Shown: piece by piece, positions 17,932-26,304 of the stretch | Layout of the letters: every line of letters starts with the position of its first letter | Numbering within the stretch: the first letter of the stretch is position 1 | Assembly (NCBI GenBank): GCA_030605265.1 | Contig: JAUWIR010000002.1 | Location: forward strand, 1-33,182 | Length of the DNA: 33,182 nt | Direction of reading: 5' to 3' | Source: Pseudomonadota bacterium | GTDB lineage: Bacteria; SZUA-182; DTGQ01 | The notes under the pieces: model-generated | What the model was told of the DNA's origin: nothing | What the model saw: the letters and a program-made list of their open reading frames with translations, nothing else | Database searches by the model: none | Translations under genes and position numbers: made by a program

Positions 17932-18928
17932 CAAGTACCGGATAAAAGAATTCTTGACGAATAGTTGGGCCATGGAACTGGCGGCTCGATTGGCCAAATC
18001 CAGGATTATCATATTGCGCTATCATTCCATCCAAGAAGATCCTAAAAAATATGTCAATTCAATCGGGCCCGGAATAATTCATCAAACCGGTCTTTTTGAA
18101 GAACAGATGAAATTGATTGCCCAAAAATTTAATCCTGTGAGTTTAGACGATATATTCGCTTACCTACAAGGGAAGCACTCAATACCAAAAAGAGCAGTTG
18201 CCGTTACCTTTGATGACGGATTTGCTGATAATTTCAGTCTTGCCGCTCCAATTATGGAGCATTTCGGCATTCCCGCTACATTCTATGTAACAGTAAATTT
18301 AATCAAGACAAAAGGTCTACCTTGGTTTTGTCGTCTTCGCCATGCATTTGGGACAACCCAAAAGGAATCTTGGGTGGAAAACAAGAAAAATCGATTGTTC
18401 AAAATTCAAGAGCAAAAGGAGCGGGATGCTGCAATTATGGCTTCCTGTAAAATATGTGCCTGCCTGGCAGGAGATGCCCAAGAGGAAAAAATGAGGGAGA
18501 TAGAAGGTGCTTTGGAGGTTGAACCCTTACCCTCCAAAAACAGTCTAATGATGGATTTGAGAAGTATGAAAAAATTGTTAAAAGCAGGCCACATAATAGG
18601 CTCCCATACCCTCACCCATCCTAATATAGCTCAGATCACAGAGGATGACGTGTATCAGGAGCTTCGCAAATCAAAACAATACCTTGAGGAAGCACTCGGT
18701 GTACCTGTGGTGCACTTCTCTTATCCTTCTCCCATTCTTGAACCCCATTGGACAAAAAGGACCAATGAGATCGCCGGGCAAGTAGGATACCGGACTGCCG
18801 TAACCTGTACCTCAGGGTCCGTATGCTCAGGGGATAATCCTTTAGCCTTAAAGAGAGTTTGGGTGCCCTTTCGTCTGGATGAATTTAAATGGTATTTACA
18901 ATGTAGTTTAGTTGGCCGATGCCTTTGA
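17882..18928 (+). CDS. Polysaccharide deacetylase (NodB/CE4), second paralog
   Basis: AVAVTFDDGFADNFSLAAPIMEHFGIPATFYVT and GSHTLTHPNI. The ORF opens at TTG 17882 inside the previous gene. ATG at 17912 or 17972 is a more likely real start. Confidence 0.85.
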   Translation: MRKSVRQIQIMKIEAHSKYRIKEFLTNSWAMELAARLAKSRIIILRYHSIQEDPKKYVNSIGPGIIHQTGLFEEQMKLIAQKFNPVSLDDIFAYLQGKHSIPKRAVAVTFDDGFADNFSLAAPIMEHFGIPATFYVTVNLIKTKGLPWFCRLRHAFGTTQKESWVENKKNRLFKIQEQKERDAAIMASCKICACLAGDAQEEKMREIEGALEVEPLPSKNSLMMDLRSMKKLLKAGHIIGSHTLTHPNIAQITEDDVYQELRKSKQYLEEALGVPVVHFSYPSPILEPHWTKRTNEIAGQVGYRTAVTCTSGSVCSGDNPLALKRVWVPFRLDEFKWYLQCSLVGRCL

Positions 18929-19114
18929 GCCAGGGCGAGAGATAATTTAATTATAATAACAAATTTGAACCTTGCCCTACTTTTCAGTCTCGGTGAATTA
19001 AAAAGTGTAAACCGGCTAATGATGGATGCTAAAATTTTTTTCTTTTTCTATCAAAAAAGCAGATGACAAAAAAGCAGAGGGCATTAATAATAGAGGGCAA
19101 AACAGGAGAGGGTC

Positions 19115-20302
19115 TTGGCCAAATTATTAATCCTTGACGGCCATTGCTCAGCAGCACTAGCTTTTGTCAGATCACTGGGGCGTGCAGGGCATTGGACGGC
19201 AGTGGGGTATAGTGAGGGCTCTTTTGCACCATCTTCTTTATCTCGTTATTGCCGCCTTCATTGTGAGTATCCGAATCCGATTAACCATTTCGCCAATTTT
19301 ATTGAGCGGATAAAAAATCTGGTCCAAAAATATAAGATTGATCTTGTTATACCATTAACAGATGCTACCATCCGACCGCTTTCCTGTATGCGTGATCAGT
19401 TTAAGGACCTCACCTTAACGGCCATTCCAAATGAAAAGTCGATTGAACTTGTTTGCGATAAATATCGTACCATAACCTTAGCCAAAGAACTGGGAATTCC
19501 TGTCCCCAAGACAATGCTTGTTTGTTCGGAGGAAGAGGTGGAATCTGCGCTGGAGTGGAGATTTCCCTTAGTGATCAAGGACAGGTTTTCAATTCGTTGG
19601 CATGGAGAGAAGGGCGTACCGGGAAGAGTAACTTTTGCTTATTCTCAAGATGAATTATTCACCATAATTAAAAAAAGACTCAATACCTTTGGCGATGTTC
19701 TTGTGCAAGAATTTTGTGATGGAGTGGGCATAGGATTTTCTTGCTTTATAGCCAATGGTAAGGTTTTTCTCCCTTTTCAATGGCAGAGAATCCGAGAAAA
19801 AGATCCACGCGGCTCAGGAAGCAGTGCTCGTAAATCCTTATCTTTAGACAGCCAAATTGAAAAATTTAGTTATGAATTATTAGTAAAGACGGATTTTGAA
19901 GGTATTGCCATGGTGGAATTCAAAAAAGATACAGTTACCGGTGAGCTTTGCTTAATGGAAATAAATGGAAGGCCCTGGGGATCAATGCAACTGCCTATAC
20001 ATTGTAATATAGACTATCCCCGTTACTTGGTGAACTGGTATCTTGAAGCCCAATATCCTCAGAAGAAAAAGGATTATCAGGAGGGCATCACTTGCCGTTG
20101 GCTGGTGGCGGATTTTCTTCATTTAGAGAATCTGTGGGAAGGAAAGCCGGTTGGTTGGCCTGTTGAATATCCAAATTTTTTTAGTACTTTATTAAAGGTA
20201 AGTTTACCCTTTTATCCCAAACTTCGCTATGATCATCTTTCCTTATTTGATCCAAAACCGGGAATCGCCGAATTGGTAACCTGGTTAAAGGGTCATCTTT
20301 AA
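19115..20302 (+). CDS. ATP-grasp carboxylate-amine ligase
   Basis: FPLVIKDRFS (Lys), VLVQEF, and MVEFKKD...LCLMEINGRPWGS (Mg/ATP E-x-N motif). An AGGAGAGG Shine-Dalgarno sequence precedes the TTG start. Confidence 0.8.
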   Translation: MAKLLILDGHCSAALAFVRSLGRAGHWTAVGYSEGSFAPSSLSRYCRLHCEYPNPINHFANFIERIKNLVQKYKIDLVIPLTDATIRPLSCMRDQFKDLTLTAIPNEKSIELVCDKYRTITLAKELGIPVPKTMLVCSEEEVESALEWRFPLVIKDRFSIRWHGEKGVPGRVTFAYSQDELFTIIKKRLNTFGDVLVQEFCDGVGIGFSCFIANGKVFLPFQWQRIREKDPRGSGSSARKSLSLDSQIEKFSYELLVKTDFEGIAMVEFKKDTVTGELCLMEINGRPWGSMQLPIHCNIDYPRYLVNWYLEAQYPQKKKDYQEGITCRWLVADFLHLENLWEGKPVGWPVEYPNFFSTLLKVSLPFYPKLRYDHLSLFDPKPGIAELVTWLKGHL

Positions 20303-20313
20303 AAATAGATATA

Positions 20314-21147
20314 ATGAATAAAGTCAATAAAAATAAGGCCCATAAAAATAATTTTATGGTAAAGGGAATCATACATTGCCACACAAACCATTCTTACGAT
20401 AGCCAACTGAGGCTTTCTGATCTTTGTGCAACTTTGAGGAGAAAAGGATTTCATTTCGTCGCCCTTACCGAGCATTCAAAAGGGATGACTAGTAAAAAGT
20501 ATGAGGAATTTCTGACTGCTTGTCAAAAGGAAAATAAAGAGACATTTATGGTAATTCCGGGCTTAGAGGTCCGTTGTGACGACGGCACTGAAATAGCCGG
20601 AATAGGTGTTAATCAACTTATCAGCCATGGTTCAGCCAATCAGGTCATTACCCAAATACACGAATTAGGGGGTTTTGCTCTATGGGTCCATCCTTTAAAG
20701 CATCGATCAAATTATGGGCACTTTTTGCAGTGCAATGCTTTTGAGGTACTTAACGGTAAAATGGACGGGGTAGTAGCGCCAAATTTTTCTCTTATCAGAA
20801 GGGTAAAAAAGTATCGTCGAATAGGTTATATCATTTTTGCGCTTTTTGGATTGGATTTACACAGTTATCAGGAAAATTTCCCTGTGTGGACTGAATGTAG
20901 TGTATCAGACCTCACCCCTCAGGCGATTGTATACTCCTTAAGTAAAGGATTTTTTGTCAACCGACTAAAAAAAGGGGTAGTGCATAGTTCAGGAGAAATT
21001 CCTCCTTTAGATTTTCTGTACTTATTAGTATTGAGATTTCTTTACCTTTTTTGGAATAGACTCCTTTTACTCATGCCTGATTCATTGAGTACTTTAGTTA
21101 TTAGATTAAGTCGACCAATGGTGAGAGTAATTAAACAAGGCAATTAA
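20314..21147 (+). CDS. PHP-domain metal-dependent phosphoesterase
   Basis: The N-terminal GIIHCHTNHSYDS (HxH...D) and VALTEHS motifs are characteristic of PHP (polymerase/histidinol-phosphatase) domains. Confidence 0.7.
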   Translation: MNKVNKNKAHKNNFMVKGIIHCHTNHSYDSQLRLSDLCATLRRKGFHFVALTEHSKGMTSKKYEEFLTACQKENKETFMVIPGLEVRCDDGTEIAGIGVNQLISHGSANQVITQIHELGGFALWVHPLKHRSNYGHFLQCNAFEVLNGKMDGVVAPNFSLIRRVKKYRRIGYIIFALFGLDLHSYQENFPVWTECSVSDLTPQAIVYSLSKGFFVNRLKKGVVHSSGEIPPLDFLYLLVLRFLYLFWNRLLLLMPDSLSTLVIRLSRPMVRVIKQGN

Positions 21148-21162
21148 AGGAAGACTTTCATA

Positions 21163-21939
21163 ATGAGGTTAATTTTTTTTAGGATTATCGTAGGTTTTGT
21201 TTTTCTCTTTATTGCCTTGGCTGTGACTATCTATGCACCAAAACTATTTTATTCTCCAAAAAATAAATACTCAATTGCCATGGGTGGGCGATCTGTCATG
21301 GACATGTGGTTCAGATATTGGAATCTGCCTGGTGTCCTCAATAAAATCAGCGTGTATAAAAAATGGCCGATACCTTATAAAAAATATCAGCTTAAAGAAT
21401 TTTATTTTGAATATATACCTGTTTGCGCACCGCACCAAGGTTTTGATAAACCAAACTATGAATATGGAAAAGCAATGTTTGAATCCCTATCCGAAGGAAT
21501 TGGTCATAGGAAATTTAACGCCTTATTATTTAAATTTTGTTTTGTAGATTTTGGAGTAAAATCCATTGAAAATATTGAGGGAAAAGTTGAGAGTTTGATT
21601 TTACTTGTAAAGAAGGCTTATGAATATACCCAAAGAAATAAAATGGACCTTCTCCTCTGTAATTCATTGCCGGTCATGAATCCCGGCCCTTATGATCAAG
21701 AGGTGCGCTATAGATTCAATAAATGGGTTGATGAATTTCAAAAAGAAAAACAAGATGTAGTAAAGATTGATTTGTTTGGAATTTTAACTGATGAAAAGGG
21801 CAAATTGAAAAAAGAATTCAGTGTTGAACCTGAAGAATCTGATTCCCATCCGAATATGAATGCCTTTAAGATTTTAACGGAGCATCTATTACAGCGAATT
21901 AATAAAAAAACCGGAGGCAATGGATATGCGGCAATTTAA
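21163..21939 (+). CDS. Membrane-anchored hypothetical protein, possibly an SGNH/GDSL-like esterase or acyltransferase
   Basis: One N-terminal TM helix (IIVGFVFLFIALAVTIY). Weak SGNH-like blocks are present: IAMGGRSVM (block I-like), LLCNSLP (block III-like) and ESDSHPNMNAF (block V-like, though the D-H spacing is not canonical). Confidence 0.6.
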   Translation: MRLIFFRIIVGFVFLFIALAVTIYAPKLFYSPKNKYSIAMGGRSVMDMWFRYWNLPGVLNKISVYKKWPIPYKKYQLKEFYFEYIPVCAPHQGFDKPNYEYGKAMFESLSEGIGHRKFNALLFKFCFVDFGVKSIENIEGKVESLILLVKKAYEYTQRNKMDLLLCNSLPVMNPGPYDQEVRYRFNKWVDEFQKEKQDVVKIDLFGILTDEKGKLKKEFSVEPEESDSHPNMNAFKILTEHLLQRINKKTGGNGYAAI

Positions 21940-22627
21940 GCTTTTTAAACCAATCGGACTTGCTCTTTCCTATATAAAGTATAAACGAGACCGTCTTCGC
22001 TTGGAGAGATTAATGGCCAAGGGTCTTAGGGTTGGTAAAAATGTATATTTTGCTCCGGATGTCATGTTTGATTCAGGATATCCTTTTTTAATTGAGATTG
22101 AGGACAATTGCAGGATCTCACAGGGGGTCATTATTTTAACTCATGATGCCTCTACATTTCGGCATTTAGGGGTGACCAGAATTGCTCCGGTGAAAATCTT
22201 AGAGGGAAGCTATATTGGTATGGGAGCGATTATTTTACCGGGCGTTACAATTGGTCCAAGAGCATTGGTGGCAGCAGGTTCAGTGGTTAATCGAAATATT
22301 GGTGAAGGAAAAATAGCTGCCGGCAATCCGGCCAGGCCTTACGGCAATTATGCTGATTTGTTAAAAACCTATAGTGATAATGTTAAATCAGCCAAGGTTT
22401 TTAAGAAAGAGGATATTGAAAAGGGGATTATCACTTCGAATGATATTGTTGCCTCAATGGAAAAGAACCCTCTTGCCTTTGTTAGAGGGATCCCCAAGCA
22501 AGACCCTTATTATATTAATACTAATATGGATCATATGAGAAAAACGGCGCTTAGAGATTATGATGATCTTATGAAAAGTCTCCTTTCAACAGTAGCTGCT
22601 TCTGAAACAGTTGGTCAAATAAAATAA
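21920..22627 (+). CDS. Hexapeptide (LbH) acetyltransferase with a C-terminal extension
   Basis: ILEGSYIGMGAIILPGVTIGPRALVAAGSVVNRNIGEGKIAAGNPARP. It overlaps the previous gene by 20 nt. Confidence 0.85.
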   Translation: MDMRQFKLFKPIGLALSYIKYKRDRLRLERLMAKGLRVGKNVYFAPDVMFDSGYPFLIEIEDNCRISQGVIILTHDASTFRHLGVTRIAPVKILEGSYIGMGAIILPGVTIGPRALVAAGSVVNRNIGEGKIAAGNPARPYGNYADLLKTYSDNVKSAKVFKKEDIEKGIITSNDIVASMEKNPLAFVRGIPKQDPYYINTNMDHMRKTALRDYDDLMKSLLSTVAASETVGQIK

Positions 22628-22684
22628 TAAAACAGTTACTATAAAAGTTCTCTTAAAGTAACCTGATCGGGGAATTCTAAAAGA

Positions 22685-23356
22685 ATGAAATTGAGCCATT
22701 ATTTTTTACCTTATTTAGCCTTTCTGGGAATAAGAACTGTAGCAAACTATTTTCCCGGGGGTCTTTATTGGGGATATGTTATTGGATATACTAGTGCGGC
22801 ATTGCTTCTTTGGATATTTCGTCATAAATATCAGGAGCTTCAAGAGGGCAAAATTTCCTTTTCCAATATTCTTTGGGCCTTGGTAGTAGGTCTCATAGGT
22901 ATTGTTATCTGGATTTTACCCTACCACTTTATTAGCAATTTTGCTCAAACCGATGGTATTTTCGGCCTCATTACCGGTCAGCGAAAAGCAGCTAATCCCT
23001 ATCTATTGCCCAGGGGATTATTTTTCCCCTTTGTTTTATTCCGATTTATTGGTTATATCTTCATTGTGCCAATTTTTGAAGAACTTTTTATTCGGTCCTT
23101 CTTGTGGCGTTATCTCATTGATTCTGAAATACAATCTGTTCCCTTAGGCAAGTATACAACCCTGGCTTTTTGGGGAACTGCCTTACTATTCTCTTTTTCT
23201 CATAATGAATGGATTGTGGCTTTTGTTTATGCGGTCATATTGAATTTTTTTCTCGTTATCAAAAAAGATATCAGGCTTTGTATGATTGCTCACGGTACGT
23301 CCAATGCGTGTTTAATGGGGTATGTATGGATGAGTGGAAAATGGTTTTTATGGTAA
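22685..23356 (+). CDS. CPBP-family (CAAX protease/Abi-like) intramembrane glutamic protease. It resembles the small PEP-CTERM-locus-associated subfamily.
   Basis: 223 aa and polytopic. It has motif 1 PIFEELFIRSF (EExxxR), motif 2 FSFSHN (FxxxH) and motif 3 IAHGTSN (HxxxN). Confidence 0.8.
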   Translation: MKLSHYFLPYLAFLGIRTVANYFPGGLYWGYVIGYTSAALLLWIFRHKYQELQEGKISFSNILWALVVGLIGIVIWILPYHFISNFAQTDGIFGLITGQRKAANPYLLPRGLFFPFVLFRFIGYIFIVPIFEELFIRSFLWRYLIDSEIQSVPLGKYTTLAFWGTALLFSFSHNEWIVAFVYAVILNFFLVIKKDIRLCMIAHGTSNACLMGYVWMSGKWFLW

Positions 23357-26251
23357 GCTCATTATGAAACAAGAACTCGGCTTTAGGGGGTCTTCTTCTT
23401 CCGTTTCTGTTGTTTCCCCTTCAATCGTACTGGTTATATTCGCTAAATCTTCTATATAGTCCTCATTCTCTGAATCTTCAGGATAATTTTCCTCTTGTTT
23501 TATTTTTCTTCCAATACTGAAAAATTTCAAAGAAGAAACAGAAAATTTTACATATCCCAGTGATTCGGAAATATAGTCAGTGGTGATAATTTGGTTCACT
23601 TCTATTGGTTTTCCTTGACCACTTTCAAGCTCTTCAACTGTTTCCGCTTGAAAAATAAAATATTTATTACTTTCAAGATCACCTGGTAAAATGACTTCAG
23701 TATTAAAGGGTAGGGTAATGATCAAATGATCTATTTCCGGTAAAATAGCCCGATATGCCGGATCAGAGATTTGAATAGAATAGATGAATTGGGGGCTTCC
23801 TTCAGTATAAACTGAATTGAGATTAATTTTAGGGATTTGTTGAATTAATAGTAAGCCTGTGCCGGATATTCCCCCTGGAGGAATTTCTACTTTTACCCTT
23901 TGTTGATTCGCTTCTAAAATTCCTTCGCCTCCGGAACTATTAATATCAGAGCTAAAAGAACAGGCAGTAGGCATGGCGGCAGAATTATTGTATGTTAGAG
24001 TGATACTGGAAAAATAACCCTCTGATGCATCTTGTTCACTAGTTGAAGTATCTGCTTGCATAGTAATAGTTATTTCTTCATCCGATGGAAGAAATAACTG
24101 CCATGAAGGCCCTGAAAAGGTAAGGGAGTGAAAGAAGGGATCTATGATTATCTCTTTTTCCGAACCGGTGAAACCTGGATCAGCCTTTATCGTCAATAAG
24201 GTCCCCTCATTTTCTCCTTTAGAAAGAAGATGAGAAATTTCAGTTTTTCTCTGAAGCCCTTGCTTTGTTTGAGGATCAATATGATAATTCCCTGTAAAAT
24301 TAGCAGCAGTATTCAACTGAGCAAGCTGAGATCGGAAAATATGTCCAGTCTTGCCGGCCGTGATAATGAAATTACCTGTTGGCGAGGGTCTATCCAGAAG
24401 AACAGTGTAATTACCATTAGCATCAGTCATATTTGAATAATAGGAGGATGAAGACTCGATTCCCGGAGATACCCAAACCATGGCTTTTTCAATTGGATTG
24501 CCTTCAGTATCCTCTACTATGCCAAAAATTTCTCCCCCTTTGTACTCTAAAATTAACATTATTTCTTTAGCTGAAGAAGATATCGTTTTGGATATATAGA
24601 GGGGAGAAGATGATTCATCAATAATAGAATACTCAAAAGTCCCTCCAAGATCAGGCAGAGTGAATTCAGCTTGTCCTTGATTGTTAATATATCCACTTTT
24701 CCGGTTTTGTAATTCAGTCACCAGAAGGGAAGATTTTGTCCCGTCAATAGGTACCTCCTCCTCATTGAGCAGTGTGAGTGTAAATTTTGTTGTAGGGACA
24801 ATCTTTATAGGGCCGCTATAGTGGGTATTGAGCCCATCGTCTATAAGGGATTGTTGATCGGTTGTTACTTTCCATCTAAAATCTATGATTTTAGAAACAT
24901 TTTGGGCTGGAGTAAAAAGAATGCTGTTTTTGTCTTGGATTTCTATTCTGCCATAAACTGTTTTATCATCTATGGGAGAATCATCTTTTGCCACCATCCA
25001 CCATTGAACAGAGGATTCATTATCTATGCCTGATACTGAAAATGCTTTTTGAGGGTCTCCCATAAGAAAATTCCACTTATTTTCAATAATCGTCATTGGT
25101 ACTGTAATGGTGATTTGCTCTGAGAATCCTTGATTATCCAGTACAGTGAGGCTGTAGGTCCCTGCAAAAGTTCCGAGGGTAGGTATTTGAAAAAGATAGT
25201 TTGATCCTGTGGCATCCTCTAAATCCAGCGGACCATTTATTGCCCAGAAATAGTTTGTATTATCACCTCCACTCAATGTGAAAGTGAATTCATCACCTGC
25301 CTTCAATGATGAAGGGCAATCAGCAATCTTAAGTGTTTTCCAGGTGGTTATTTGTACGCTTTTTTCTAATCCGTTTCTTCCTGTATCAAAAATTGTAATG
25401 GTAGTATCTATTTTTTCTAAATCGGCAGGGACCTCTTGGGCGGTAAATTGAGCTTCAGTATTACTAACTATTATTAATCCGGGAAGGTCAGGCCAAATAA
25501 TAGTCCCAACTGCCCCTACTACTTTAAAGGTAGTTTTATTGTATGAATTCATATCAAAAGCTAAATTAATCCTATCAGCAAATAAATATAGACCTTCAAT
25601 GATGATATCTTTGTTATCTTTTAGATTGTTTTCCAAAGGTAATGAGAGCTGGCAATCAAGGCCGTCAATTGTTTGAAGCGTACCATCCGTTAGTTCAAGA
25701 GAAATTACATTTAAATTGTCTGATATATCACCTGTTTGAATAATATAAGAGGTTTTTATGCAGGCTTGATCAAAGAAAGGTTCAATGGTTGCTTTATTGC
25801 CTGTATCAAATGACAGAATAATGTTTCCACCTGTAAGAGTAACAGCCTCAGAAAAATAAAGTGTGATATCAATGGCATCTCCCACCTGATACATACCGTC
25901 GGCATTGTCTGAGGTGATATCAACTATTTGTACTGTCCTTACTTCATTAGAATAATCACTCTCTAATTTTGAGGTGTTATATGCAGTAATTGAAAAAAAG
26001 TACTGTTCTTTTTCGTTTAATTCTTGCACAGTATGTCTGGTGACATTTCCAACATCAAGGGTATTTTGATAGGGTGGTCCTGATAAACCTTCATTGTAAT
26101 AAATAATATACCCGGCTAAATTCGGATCAGTGTTGGCCTCCCAGGTAAGGGTAATTTCCATGGCCTCAAGGGGTACTGCTACTATTAAGCCATGAACCAG
26201 TAAGGCTAATCCCAGAAGAAGGATACAACTGATTTTTTTATGAATATCCAT
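23348..26251 (-). CDS. Large secreted or surface multidomain protein (967 aa): signal peptide, FN3-like domain, Ig-like repeats, CarboxypepD_reg-like domain, acidic C-terminal linker and a short Cys-containing hydrophobic tail
   Basis: The signal peptide is ISCILLLGLALLVHGLIVAVPLEA. The FN3-like domain reads ITLTWEANTDPNLAGYIIYYNEG...FFSITAYN. The Ig-like segment reads YQVGDAIDITLYFSEAVTLTGGN. The carboxypeptidase-regulatory-like segment reads GIVEDTEGNPIEKAMVWVS...TDANGNYTVLL. The C-terminus is ...EGETTETEEEDPLKPSSCFIMSLP. It is the only long minus-strand gene, and it overlaps the CPBP gene by 9 nt tail to tail. Confidence 0.9.
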   Translation of the reverse strand: MDIHKKISCILLLGLALLVHGLIVAVPLEAMEITLTWEANTDPNLAGYIIYYNEGLSGPPYQNTLDVGNVTRHTVQELNEKEQYFFSITAYNTSKLESDYSNEVRTVQIVDITSDNADGMYQVGDAIDITLYFSEAVTLTGGNIILSFDTGNKATIEPFFDQACIKTSYIIQTGDISDNLNVISLELTDGTLQTIDGLDCQLSLPLENNLKDNKDIIIEGLYLFADRINLAFDMNSYNKTTFKVVGAVGTIIWPDLPGLIIVSNTEAQFTAQEVPADLEKIDTTITIFDTGRNGLEKSVQITTWKTLKIADCPSSLKAGDEFTFTLSGGDNTNYFWAINGPLDLEDATGSNYLFQIPTLGTFAGTYSLTVLDNQGFSEQITITVPMTIIENKWNFLMGDPQKAFSVSGIDNESSVQWWMVAKDDSPIDDKTVYGRIEIQDKNSILFTPAQNVSKIIDFRWKVTTDQQSLIDDGLNTHYSGPIKIVPTTKFTLTLLNEEEVPIDGTKSSLLVTELQNRKSGYINNQGQAEFTLPDLGGTFEYSIIDESSSPLYISKTISSSAKEIMLILEYKGGEIFGIVEDTEGNPIEKAMVWVSPGIESSSSYYSNMTDANGNYTVLLDRPSPTGNFIITAGKTGHIFRSQLAQLNTAANFTGNYHIDPQTKQGLQRKTEISHLLSKGENEGTLLTIKADPGFTGSEKEIIIDPFFHSLTFSGPSWQLFLPSDEEITITMQADTSTSEQDASEGYFSSITLTYNNSAAMPTACSFSSDINSSGGEGILEANQQRVKVEIPPGGISGTGLLLIQQIPKINLNSVYTEGSPQFIYSIQISDPAYRAILPEIDHLIITLPFNTEVILPGDLESNKYFIFQAETVEELESGQGKPIEVNQIITTDYISESLGYVKFSVSSLKFFSIGRKIKQEENYPEDSENEDYIEDLANITSTIEGETTETEEEDPLKPSSCFIMSLP

Positions 26252-26304
26252 AAATTTAGTATTGGCTCCAAACTATACTATTCATTCCTAATGATAAAAT
26301 AGTC

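Noticed and set aside
19019-19066. 15-aa ORF (MMDAKIFFFFYQKSR) upstream of the ATP-grasp gene, considered as a graspetide-type precursor
   Set aside because: It is too short and lacks a recognisable Thr/Ser/Asp/Glu/Lys-rich core motif of the kind used for ATP-grasp cross-links. It has no RBS and arises from a T-rich stretch.
19094-19103. AGGGCAAAAC resembling the GGCAAACC segment of c-di-GMP-I (GEMM) riboswitches upstream of an EPS gene
   Set aside because: None of the remaining conserved GEMM elements (tetraloop receptor, the second GCAAAGCC-type segment, paired stems) are present. The start codon follows within about 12 nt.
23348-23420. PEP-CTERM, LPXTG or GlyGly-CTERM sorting signal at the C-terminus of the 967-aa protein (also checked for the 758-aa protein ending at 11562)
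   Set aside because: There is no PEP motif followed by a TM helix and basic cluster, no LPXTG, and the hydrophobic tail is only about 7 residues. The 758-aa protein ends in a hydrophilic ...KNLRITAN.
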